Part shown: in pieces, positions 52,391-64,000 of the stretch | Position numbering within the stretch: the stretch's first letter is position 1 | Layout of the letters: each line of letters begins with the position of its first letter | NCBI RefSeq assembly: GCF_006345805.1 | Contig: NC_043001.1 | Span: 96,100,001 to 96,164,000 of the forward strand | Direction: 5' to 3' | Length of the DNA stretch: 64,000 nt | Source: Octopus sinensis | Taxonomy: Eukaryota | Program-made: the position numbers and the translations under genes | Notes under the pieces: generated by a model | Seen by the model: only the letters and a program-made list of their open reading frames with translations | Told to the model about the DNA's origin: nothing | Database searches by the model: none

Positions 52391-54479
52391 ATAACACAGC
52401 ATAGAAGTGCCAAGAAGTGTTCGACTTTTTGATTTTCCTTAGATATCATCTATAGTGTTGACAGTTGTGGTTTGTGTACCAATAATGAAACAAATTGCGG
52501 GGCTTTGTCTTCCTTAAAAAGGAACTTTCCAGATACAAATATTTACCTCAGATAGTATTCCAGGGGTATACATTAATAGGATATTTTAGGTTTCCTTTTT
52601 GACGCATATTTCAAATATAAAAAAATTAATATAATGACATTATTGTATACAGTGCTCAGGTGCACAGCAACTTGTGAAAAGTGCGTATAAAGCATATGCA
52701 GTAATGTACATATGTCTGGGAAGTGAACAGTGTATGAGCCAGATACATACTTGCGTGTGTATGGAGGGGAGAAAATCAGGTGTAGTCTAAGTTACATATA
52801 ATGTATAGGTACAAATATCACAGAGGATACAGAATATAAAACCCATATTGTAAACAACGTTTAGAATACTGAAATACGCATAACAGATTACAGCTAACCT
52901 TATTAACTTTCACTTGAACACCTTATATTTCTGCTTGCATACTTATATACACTGTATATCTGATCTTTACAGTAACGGGTTGTTTATTTTGAGTTGAGAT
53001 TTTAAATCTATTAAAATATTTGACCTGAATGTAACCATTGTGTTATGTGCGATGTTTTTTTTTCTCTGCGGCGTTTCGGTTATAATAACAATTATCACTG
53101 ACATGACTTCATTTCAAAACATATATGATATCCATCGTTAATGATGGGATGTCATCGCATCTCTTTAATGGAAGGATTCAGTGAATAAAAACAGTGCAAA
53201 ATGAAAATGTGTTATTTGCTTGTTGCGTTAATTTTAGTTTACACATAATCACATAGAAATATAATTAATGCATCCTGATTAAATTTTAATGAAAATTAAG
53301 TGTACAATAACTTCACTGTATGGAAAAACACGCGTAGTATAATAATAAAAGTAGTGATTTAACAGAAAGTTCGTTAGAAAAGTACTTGAAGGAAATGTTA
53401 TGTGTGAATAATGTATAATGGGATTATCGTCGCTTCTAACACTGTTTATCGATATTTTATCCGTTTTCCTAACATTCTTATTGTTTCATTGAGGGCACTG
53501 TTGCTATTTATCAATAACAGAATGTTGAAATAACGAAAACATTATACGAGAAAACCTATACAATAAAGAAACTCGATTACTGTCTTTGAAATATCATTAA
53601 TAATTTATTCCCATAAGCAGTGCTTAATAGTACTTAACTATCAACATTGAAGCTGATGAGAATAACCAGTGCAGTAGAATATCAAATTACAAGCCCAACT
53701 ATATTTAGTTTCGTTGAATTCCGTTCTTTGTACGAAATTCGTAGTAAGTGAGTTCGAATATTTTCGATTCAAGTTTTATAAAAAGATGCATGTGTCAAAA
53801 GCAAGTTGTCCGTGACAATAAATGTATCTCCTAAATCAAATAAGACTGTGTACGAAATTAAAATATGTCAACATCCGATAACCTGAAGACCATTGAAGAA
53901 AATACCAGACGCAGTGAAGTGTAAACATGTAAATAGAAATGAACAGATCAATCAATCGTTATTAATGAAGTAAAGTAAACCATAAAAATATTATGGATAA
54001 ACAAAACCACAAAGATTTCTTGGAATATTATACCATCTCCCAACAATGTACCAAACAGGAGGGGATAACTTGAACAAAGAAGTCATGACATACCTAGAAT
54101 AAACCATTCAGCGTTTCTTATCTTCATATTCATGCCATTCATTATTGCCATTCTTGGAGAGTACAATTATAATAATAAATAAAATAATCATATGCGCTTA
54201 ATATTTAGAGAGAAAATATTTATTTTTCTTGTCTTTGGTTTTTTACTTCTATGCTTAACTTAAGCCGGATTTCGTTCAGTTTTCATTCTTCATTAATATT
54301 ATTCTAAGTAGAAAGCACAGCAAGAAGAAATTCTGTTTGGTTTTTACAGTTCTTGATGTTAATCTCGAGGATTCTGTTCAGCCAAATGTATAGTATTTAC
54401 AGATAAGTATTCAAATAATTTTCCTTCAATAGGTTTATACAAGTACTTCAATATACAAGGATGTATAAGTTTAAGCAGA

Positions 54480-54618
54480 CCCATACACACACACACATAC
54501 ACACCACACACACACACTCATACACAGACATATTTATATATGTATAACTTCAAATATATATATGTGTGTGTATATATATGTTTATATATATATGTATATA
54601 TGAATACATATATATATT

Positions 54619-54665
<47 letters not shown>

Positions 54666-54893
54666 ATGTGTGTATGTATGTATATATTTACCTGTACATG
54701 TATCTGTGTGAAGATATCCTTTTCCATGTGTTCACTTAGACAAAAACAGAGATAAATTTCGTATAAGAATACCCAGGTGTGTGTATGCATATATCCAAAC
54801 AAATGTACACACACACATACACACACACACACGTATATATATATGCAAACATATATACACATATGGTATAAACTTAAGTGTATATATATATAC

Positions 54894-54925
<32 letters not shown>

Positions 54926-54965
54926 ATACATACATACACACATGCACATATATATATATAGGTAT

Positions 54966-55051
<86 letters not shown>

Positions 55052-55403
55052 GATGATTTTCATCAGCTCTACGCACATGGTATGTTATATTTCTCACTGA
55101 AGACTTCCAAATGTCGAAAATTGATTGTTCCATAATTCAGTCAATGGATATTAGTAATATCAGTATTATTTATATTACTTCATATATATACACACATATA
55201 TATATACACACATATATATACAAATATACATATAAATGTACATGTGTGCGCGTGTGTGGGTATATGCACGAATGTATGGACTCATAACAATATTCTTATA
55301 TATAGATAGAGTGCACATATATATATATATATATATATTCGTATATATATATATATATATATAATATATATATATATATTATATATATATTCTTATATAT
55401 ATT

Positions 55404-55445
<42 letters not shown>

Positions 55446-56053
55446 ATACATATATACATATATATACATATATATACATATACATATACAAATACATATA
55501 AATATATATAAATATATCGACGTTTATATACTTTTGTAAGTTTGTATTATCTCTGTGTGTGTGTCTGTGTGTGTGTCTGTGTGTGTGTGTGTGTGTGTGT
55601 ACACAGGATGTATATTTAAATTTCTATATTAATATTTAGCCAAAAGAAAAACGTTAGTAGAACCGTTTTTCTTTCCTTTGCAGGAGTGAAAATAGTTTAT
55701 TGATTTCGACTTGTTTACTGGTAATCCTCTTTACGATAAGCTTTATCATCGAGTTGGTTTGCTTTAAAGGATTCATCGAATAAACGACAGCTTCACTTCT
55801 TCTGTATAATTAAAACCGTTTATGCCTCCACTGTAATATACGTTGATGCTCAAACTATACACACAGACACACACACTCGCACACACAAAAACAAACAAAT
55901 ACACACATAGATATATACTTATATGTGTATGCGCGAGTACCTGTTGGTGTGTACAAATATGTGCATAAGATTATATTACTGTAAAGGAAAAATATTTCGC
56001 GTGTGTGTATATATATTATATATATAAAATATATATATACATGTATATATATA

Positions 56054-56084
<31 letters not shown>

Positions 56085-56406
56085 CATATATATATGTATA
56101 TATATATATGTAAGTATGTGTATGTATTGTTAAATATATATGTACGTACATATATATATATATACATATATATGTATAGTTGTGTATATATGTATATATA
56201 AAATATATGTACATGTATGTGTATATATATATGTATGTACGCATATATACACATATATGTATTGATGTGTATATATATAGTTTTTATACATTTTTATATT
56301 TACTCGTATGTTAATTTCTGTGCATATAAAAACTTATATTTCTTATCTACATACACACATATATACATATGTGTGTATATATGTATGTATAAATATGCAT
56401 ATATCA

Positions 56407-56444
<38 letters not shown>

Positions 56445-57364
56445 TATATACATGTGTGTGTGTGTATACATACACAAGCACAAGCATATACACACGTATA
56501 TAGATAAGGATATGTTTTGGCTGTATCATGATGTTAATGCGAATTGTTAACTTTGGTAAAGACTGATTTTTTTTCGTCTGAGAATGCACGTAATTCATAT
56601 ATGTGTATATATGAATATATATGGAATATGTATATGTATGTATTTTATATATGTCGGCATGCCTGCGTGTACGTGTACGTGTGTGTGTGTGCGCTATTTT
56701 ATCCGTAGTATTCTGTATATGTCCGTTGCAGTTTGCTCCTACAACAAAATTTTGTAATTTGCTCGTAGGTTCTCGTTCATGTTTTTCTTCTTTTCATCTT
56801 GTTTTCTTCTTTTTTTTTCACTTTCAATTTTCAGGTACGCTTTCATTTTTTTATGTCCTGCGTTTTTGCAGTTTAATTTCTTAGCATCTCCGTGTCTGCT
56901 AACAGTAATTTCATCGTTTAAAATTAAGTAGATGAATATACACATATATTTATTATATTTCTATTCATATCGGTATAGAGACATATATACATCCGTTCTC
57001 ACATACATACACACACGTGCACGTATAAACGTTTATATATTTATACCTACACATAGGTATTTATGCTTACATGTAAATATATATATGTGAGTGTGTATGT
57101 GTATTTTGTATACGTGGGTGTATATATATATGTGTGTGTGTGTTGGTAATGTATATACATTTATATGTGTATGTCTTCGTGAATATGTATTTCTATACAC
57201 CTACATATATATAGTTGCTTTGATTAGATTTGTTTATATTTTCCTATATTTTTAATACGGATATTATACCAGCATGGAATATGTTTTTTTCCCTGTTATC
57301 GGTATAAAGGCATGCCTATATCTATGAATATATATAGAATAGATATAGATAAATATATGTATGC

Positions 57365-57408
<44 letters not shown>

Positions 57409-57682
57409 TTGTGTTTGTGTGTGTATGTTTCTAAATCAATATATACATATGTTTTTGCGTATTTAGTATATGCGTGTACACATATGTCTGTATGGCGGGA
57501 GTAAATTTCTCTTCGTCGAGAGTATAAAGTAGGTATGTCAACATATGTGAGGTCTCTTTCCATGAGTATGCTTTTATGATTGCAAATATGTACGTGAGTG
57601 CAGCTGAAAATTTACGTTTCTGTATAAATCCACACTCATGCAAGTATGTATTCATAACTCTCCAATCACACAATATACTTAA

Positions 57683-57778
<96 letters not shown>

Positions 57779-57860
57779 AATATATAAATATATATATATA
57801 TAAAAATATATATATATATACATATTTACATATATGTATTTGTATGTATTATATATATAA

Positions 57861-57902
<42 letters not shown>

Positions 57903-58468
57903 ATATATATATATACATATATGTATATATATATATGCGTGTGTATGTGTGTCTGTGTGTGTGTATGTGTGTGTGTGCGTGTATGTGTGTGTATATATAC
58001 ATACATATATATATATACATATATGTACATATATATATATATATATATATTATAATATATATATATATAATTCCTCTTATTTTTGTAAAGCTTTCTGTTC
58101 GTGAGAATGTTTGGTGTATGAATCTCCGTCTATTTATGTGCTTCACTATTTAAATACCTTCCGAGTATTTAAATAATCGGTTTGGAGGTAAGTCACTGCG
58201 TATGAGTATCCGTATATGAGTTAGTATTCGTCAGTGTGTGTGCTTAGGTGTGTATATTTATTGAATCCTCTGATATTTTTTCTACCACAATTTATAGAAA
58301 ACCCTTTGAAGTTTTATTTATTTTCTACATAATTAAATTTTTTCATACTAGATTTTCAAATAAATAGATATAAATATACCTGTTTGTGAGTGTAAATATA
58401 TTCATATATATATATATATATATAAAATATATTTATACATATACATATCACATACAGATATATAAATA

Positions 58469-58532
<64 letters not shown>

Positions 58533-58560
58533 TACACACACACACATACATACATACATA

Positions 58561-58608
<48 letters not shown>

Positions 58609-58610
58609 TT
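54480..58610. repeat. Extended region dominated by (TA)n/(CA)n microsatellites with short unique islands
   Basis: Directly visible. Confidence 0.9.
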
Positions 58611-59724
58611 TCTGTTTAATCTATGATATGTTTGTATACTAGCTTTCGCTTATGCATTTTTCTGTATTAAAGTCTGTATAATTTTGTTTGTATGTGTCTG
58701 TATTCAAATGCATATATCTTTTTTTTTTCGTTTAGTTTAAACCGCCTAATATTTTACTATGTGTATACCACATCTGCACGTATATATTCATGTTTTATCA
58801 TCTAAAATATTTTTACCTCAGTTTAGTGATTGTTTCTGCAACTATTCAACTTCCTTTGTAATCAATGTGAAAAATGGATATTCTTCAAATAATAAAAATG
58901 AAACTTTGAAAAATGAGAATATCTCTAAAAGTGTTTACTCCCCTGTATTTCACTGCTCTACGTCTGTTGTTTCCTGTAACTGATAAGGAATTTAAATATA
59001 TAATCATCTGCTATGTATGGACACTTGTGATTAACGATATCTTATAAGGATTCGTCATTAGAACTATAAACTATTAAAACTACAAAGCCAATGAAATTCC
59101 GGAAAGTAAACCGTCAAACAGAAGTGCCGTTCATTGTCGATGATTTTCACTCATATCACTATATTATTCCATCAAAAGTGTTCCACTAATGTATGGCGGT
59201 CGGCTAAGTGTACTTTTGTAAATCAAACAAGCCTAACTGTTTATTCAAAATATACTTGGTTGCAACCAAAATTTAAATGTGAATTGTCGAGGGTGAGAGA
59301 TATAGAACAGATAGAAGTGCGTCAAAATAAATGCATTGTCATGTTTCGTGTCGTGATTCTAAATTCGATTCTATCTGCTGTCTACTTTGATTTTTGTCCC
59401 TTGAGAATAGATACATTAAGTGCCAGCACATTACTGGCGTTTTTTTTATGAGTAATAATCGACCACTTCAATGACTGGCAGTCTTTCTAGTCGAACGAGA
59501 TCAATATTTTCTTTTTAAGCTGAAAGAAGCTGGGTAAAATTACTTCAGTTCAACTAATATCTGGAGAAAAGAGTGGTCGTGGTGGCTTAATAGTTTGCTA
59601 CTACACATTGGAAATCTTGAGCGGAAACTCTCCTTTACACTTATGTTAATCTGACGAAAAAAATTGAAAAGTTACAAGTGCAATTATTCTAGAAACTTAC
59701 TCTTTCATAACTGAAATTTTTCAT

Positions 59725-59861
59725 ATATGTGGCAAGAAGCTCCTTTCCCAAACACGTGGCTCCGTGTTCAGTCCCACTGCATGGTATCAGGGCAAATGTC
59801 CTTCAGCACAGCCTCGAGTCACGCGAGTGGATTTGGTAGATGAAACCCGTTGTGTATATAC

Positions 59862-59950
<89 letters not shown>
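59725..59950 (+). mobile_element. OK-like SINE 5' fragment followed by (GATA)n
   Basis: GTTCAGTCCCACTGCATGG...GAGTGGATTTGGTAGATGAAACCCG. Confidence 0.65.
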
Positions 59951-59953
<3 letters not shown>

Positions 59954-60005
59954 AACTTACTTAGAAGAGGATGCGTGACGTTCAATCATATAATATTTAT
60001 ATATA

Positions 60006-60897
60006 TTGGGTTGTCAACTGAGTTCCCACCGTTTTTTTTTTTATTTATTGTGTTTTTAAATTTTGGAAATCTGTTTTGCTCGAGAATTCAATGTTTGAAT
60101 TATTTGGGGATCTTTTTTTTTTAATTCATTTTAGTTAATTTTTGTTTGATTTCAGATCATTCAATTGGAATGTCAAATTAAGAAAAACGAGCATTTTCGA
60201 CACCATCTTTTTGCTTTTAATCCAGGCTCTAAAGCCGCAAAAGCCGCTCGCGACATTTGTGCTGTGTATGGGGAGGGTGCCATAGCTGAAAGAAGCGCTC
60301 GTGATTGGTATGCCAAGTTCAGAAATGGAAATTTTGACCTTAAAGGCGTGCCTCGTTCTGGCCGTCCAGTTGAGTTCGATGACGAGCGACTAAACCAACT
60401 TTTGCACGAAAATTCTCGTTAAACGACAAGGGAACTGGCAGAGAAAATGGAATGCGCCCACACTGCTATAGAGAAGCATCTTCACTCGATAGGTAATGTT
60501 CAGAAGTATGGAGCATGAGTGCCGCATTCTTTATGTGACAACAACCAAAATCAACGAGTCACAATCTCTGCTGCTTTGCTTGATCGTCACCGCTTAACTC
60601 ATGGACACAAGCAACGATTCCTTTACCGAATCGTTAGTGGCGACGAAAATTGGTGCCTGTTCGTCAATATGAAGCAGCGAAAGGAATGGCTTAGCCCCGG
60701 TAAACAAGCGACACCGTGCGTGAAACAAGATCTTCAACCACGTAAAACGATGTTGTGCGTTTGGTGGGACTAACAACGAGGTATTGAAAATCTTGTTGAA
60801 CGTTGGGAAGAAGTTGTAAACAAGTATTTCATTTTTTATTAAACCTTTTCAAAATTTTTTATTTAAAACAACGGCGGGAACTTAGTTGCCAACCCAA
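60006..60897 (+). mobile_element. Internally deleted mariner transposon
   Basis: TIRs TTGGGTTGTCAACTGAGTTCCCACCGTT and AACGGCGGGAACTTAGTTGCCAACCCAA; TA on the left. Confidence 0.92.
60165..60825 (+). pseudogene. Mariner transposase pseudogene lacking the central catalytic region
   Basis: ECQIKKNEHFRH...PRSGRPVEFD, VPHSL and RIVSGDENW...KTMLCVWWD jump directly to RGIENLVERWEEVV. Confidence 0.88.
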
Positions 60898-60944
<47 letters not shown>

Positions 60945-60971
60945 TTGTATATGTAAATACTTTCAACTATA

Positions 60972-61004
<33 letters not shown>

Positions 61005-61224
61005 GCATATGGAATTTAATTATCGATATAGTTGAACGTTGGGTAAATGTATTTCAAAGTTGTGAATTCTTTGAATAGTTTGGTCCTTATTTTAGTGCTG
61101 TTGACACCGCAGGATTGAATGGTATTTTCCAGGTGTCGACACCATAATGATATCTGTGGGACAGCTGATGATGGCCGTATGTTGGATTGTTGGTATGACT
61201 GTGGAATAGTCTTATAACACATCC

Positions 61225-61520
61225 TTTTGATATATATATTTATATATATATATATATGTTTGTGTGCGTGTGTGTTTGTGTGTGTGTATGTGTGTGTGTG
61301 TGTGTTTGTGTATCTGTGTTTTGTCCCCAACTATCGCTTGACAACCGATGCTGGTATGTCTAAGTCCCCGTAATTTAGCGGTTCTGCAAAAAAGATTGAT
61401 AGAATAAGTACTAAGCTTACAAAGAATAGGTCTGGGGTCGATTTGTCCCACTAAAAGAGGCAGTGGTCCAGCATAGCCGCTATTAGATGACTGAGAGAAG
61501 TAAACGAATAAAAGAATAAA
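61225..61520 (+). mobile_element. OK-like SINE 3' half
   Basis: Central microsatellite plus tail TTGTCCCC...TCGCTTGACAACCGATGCTGG...GGTCCAGCATAGCCGC. Confidence 0.75.
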
Positions 61521-62061
61521 CTGTTTTCTACAGGAATTTGGAGAACTACAGAACACTGCCTTGTTTTATAAAGCGTGTCAGTCATATGATCTTCCACATT
61601 AGATCTTTCCACAATTCAAGTTTAATTTACGTTTGAACTATGTACCTCTAGTTAGTTTATCGAATTATCTAAAGCAGTTCTTCGCCTCTATAAAAATATT
61701 CTAGACCTGACTGCTTTTCCCATGAGACACGTCACATAAACTTTTGTGTCATGAATAATATTTTTTGCAGTATTTATATACACAGTTAAGTAGATTGCAT
61801 CAATTTTAACCTCCTTGTCGTTACTCAAATCGTTGAGAACTTTTAATATTTTATCTGTCCTGGCAGACTGGCCATTAGAGGAGTTTCTCCGTTTTACATT
61901 AATAACTTAACAGTTTAATGCAAAGTTTGTCTTCACTATTACATTTTTTCTCATAACAATGAATGAAAACTTTGCTGCACCAAACTGTACGTGAATTATA
62001 TGTCGAATTATTTACATGAATTAGAATAGAAACGCAATATTGTTACTCGAAGTTAAAATAA

Positions 62062-62099
<38 letters not shown>

Positions 62100-62409
62100 A
62101 AGATTTGTTAAGATGCCAATACTAAGCTGTTAGATTTGTACACAAAATATATCAAATGATACATTTTCTGTGCAAATTAATCTAAGAGCGCTGACAAAGC
62201 TCCAGAAAAGTGTACGACTTACCCTAACCAATGTGACGCTAAAGTAAAGTAACATTGGCTGTAGTTTTTCAAACATGACGCGATACATTCTTCGTGGTCG
62301 ATAGTTGAGTGCTGAGGCCAATGTAATCAACTTACCCAGTTCCCTTAAATTGCCGTCCAAGTGCCAACATTTGAAGCAAATATTTCTGTGCTTATATACC
62401 ACACCAAGC

Positions 62410-62790
62410 AAAATGCTTAGCGGCAGAAACATTAGCACGCCGGGTGAAATGCTTTGTGGTATTTCGTCTGCCGCTACGTTCTGAGTTCAAATTCCGCCGA
62501 GGTCGACTTTGCCTTTCATCATTTCGGGGTCGATAAATTAAGTACCAGTTACGAACTGCGGTCGATATAATCGACTTAATCCGTTTGTCTGCCCTTGTTT
62601 TTCCTCTCTGTGTTTAGCCCCTTGTGGGTAGTAAAGAAATAGGTATTTCTTCTGGTTCTATGAAGTCCACTTGCCTTACATCCTTTTGGGGTCGATAAAA
62701 GAACTACAAGCTGAGCCCTGGAGTTTATGTAATCGGTTTTTTCATGCCTCAAATATGCTGGCCTTGTGCTAAAATTAGAAAAGAATATTA
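62410..62790 (+). mobile_element. Deu/Nin-domain-like SINE, dimer with a diverged second unit
   Basis: A full first unit, then GTATTTC... restart and GGCCTTGTGCTAAAATTAGAAAAG end. Confidence 0.8.
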
Positions 62791-62879
62791 TTTCTGTGCG
62801 TTTGATCGAATAGCATATCTAATCAGCTGCTTTTCTGCCATCTCTATCTAAATCGCTCCCAATGCTGATTTTCAAGTTT

Positions 62880-63290
62880 GGTATGTATTCTAACCGAACT
62901 TGTTTGCCGTAGCGCTAAGTTACGAGGATGTAGACCAACCAACACGGTTGACAAGGAGAGAGATACACACACGCACATACAACACATGCGCACACAATTT
63001 TTCTCAAGAGAACATTCTTTTCTTAGTAGTTTGATCGTAGGTGATCTACTTCTAGCATATGGCTGACCACATAGTGGTGTTTTAGCCCTTTAAATATAAA
63101 CACACGCATAGATATAGAACTAAATGTCTGTTTTCCTCTACCAAATTCACTCACAATGTAATAGGGGAACCGGAGTTGTAATAGAAGACATTTACCCAAG
63201 GCAAGACTGAACTCAAAACGATACGGTGGCAAAGCGAGCTTCTTCATCACACAGCTACGCCAGAGCCTGTATGTCCACACTTATTAGAGA
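62880..63290. mobile_element. Rearranged OK-like SINE fragments
   Basis: GCTAAGTTACG... fragment and CTACCAAATTCACTCACAA...AGAAGACATTTACCCAAGG fragment. Confidence 0.55.
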
Positions 63291-63690
63291 AAATCTATAT
63301 TTCTCTACTGATGCCAAATATAAAGATGACATTTGCTAAATTCATTAACTCACGCTATCTTTGAATTCCATCATCTTGCTGTGTGCTACAGTGTAAGCTA
63401 TTTTCGATTCTGGACATAGAAAATGATTACACTAGTAGCATTAGAAAATCTCTGTATATATATCGGTTTTATGGTAGCCTGCGCTCCCCGGACTACCTGC
63501 TCTCGTAGACCCACCACTTAGGCATGCCCAATCTACTTTATTTTCCACTTGCCGGTATTTTTGTCCCGTTTTATCCTTTTGGTCCTATAGTAAATATTTT
63601 ACCAGTTCTTTCTTCCCCATAATATTGACTCTCGGGCCTTTGTATATCTATGTTGCTCTCTCCTAGTGATGATCTTGCATTAATGTTATT

Positions 63691-64000
63691 CATAGGCGCA
63701 GGAGTGGTTGTGTGGTAAGTTATAGGCGCAGGAGTGGCCGTGTGGTAAGTAGCTTCCTTACCAACCACATGGTTCCGGATTCAGTCCCACTGCGTGGCAC
63801 CTCGGGCAAGTGTCTTCTACTATAGCCTCGGGCTGACCAAAGCCTTGTGAGTGGATTTGGTAGACGGAAGCTGAAAGAAGCCCGTCGTATATATATATGT
63901 GTGTGTGTGTATGTGTGTGTTTGTGTGTCTGTGTTTGTCCCCTCCCTCACATCGCTTGACAACCGATGCTGGTGTGTTTATGTCCCCGTAACGTAGCGGT
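63691..64000 (+). mobile_element. OK-like SINE with duplicated head, running off the window end
   Basis: ATAGGCGCAGGAGTGG(T/C)(T/C)GTGTGGTAAGT occurs twice in tandem (~30-bp period), followed by a canonical body. Confidence 0.9.

Noticed and set aside
55685-55785. Acceptor followed by a hydrophobic peptide (SLLISTCLLVILFTISFIIELVCF)
   Set aside because: Hydrophobicity is expected from T-rich sequence, and the frame ends in a stop without other support.
58810-58983. Acceptor plus Asn-rich ORF with NxS/T sequons
   Set aside because: AT-rich composition explains the Asn/Lys bias; no recognisable domain.
44530-61180. Other CTGANGA strings (for example ~44575 minus, 48614, 53593, 55097, 61165)
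   Set aside because: No correctly placed stem II-GAAA-stem III-UH, so they are not hammerheads.

Overview
AT-rich, microsatellite-dense animal genomic DNA. The SINE repertoire suggests a coleoid cephalopod, probably Octopus; this is an inference from tRNA-derived SINE families resembling the octopus OK/OR families and a Deu/Nin-domain SINE. I could not identify any host protein-coding gene, rRNA, true tRNA or CRISPR array, and most ORFs in the supplied track are microsatellite artefacts. The window is a retroelement landscape containing: two decayed mariner transposons; a mariner-like MITE; a 5'-truncated R4/Dong-type LINE with an open 370-aa ORF; fragments of RTE, L2/CR1-like and Penelope-like (GIY-YIG) elements; more than 30 SINE copies; and a very recent ~0.8 kb tandem duplication. 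The most interesting signal is five minimal type-I hammerhead ribozyme motifs, in at least three apparently unrelated sequence contexts, all with palindromic stem III. Two of them belong to a TSD-bounded composite at 4176-5919: inverted arm + tRNA-like Pol III head + (AAC/AAT)n linker + hammerhead arm + TTTT. This looks like a Pol III-transcribed, hammerhead-bearing SINE-like element mobilised by Penelope-type machinery, later hit in its AAT linker by a TAA-targeting Dong-like LINE. Coordinates were read by eye and SINE boundaries are approximate.
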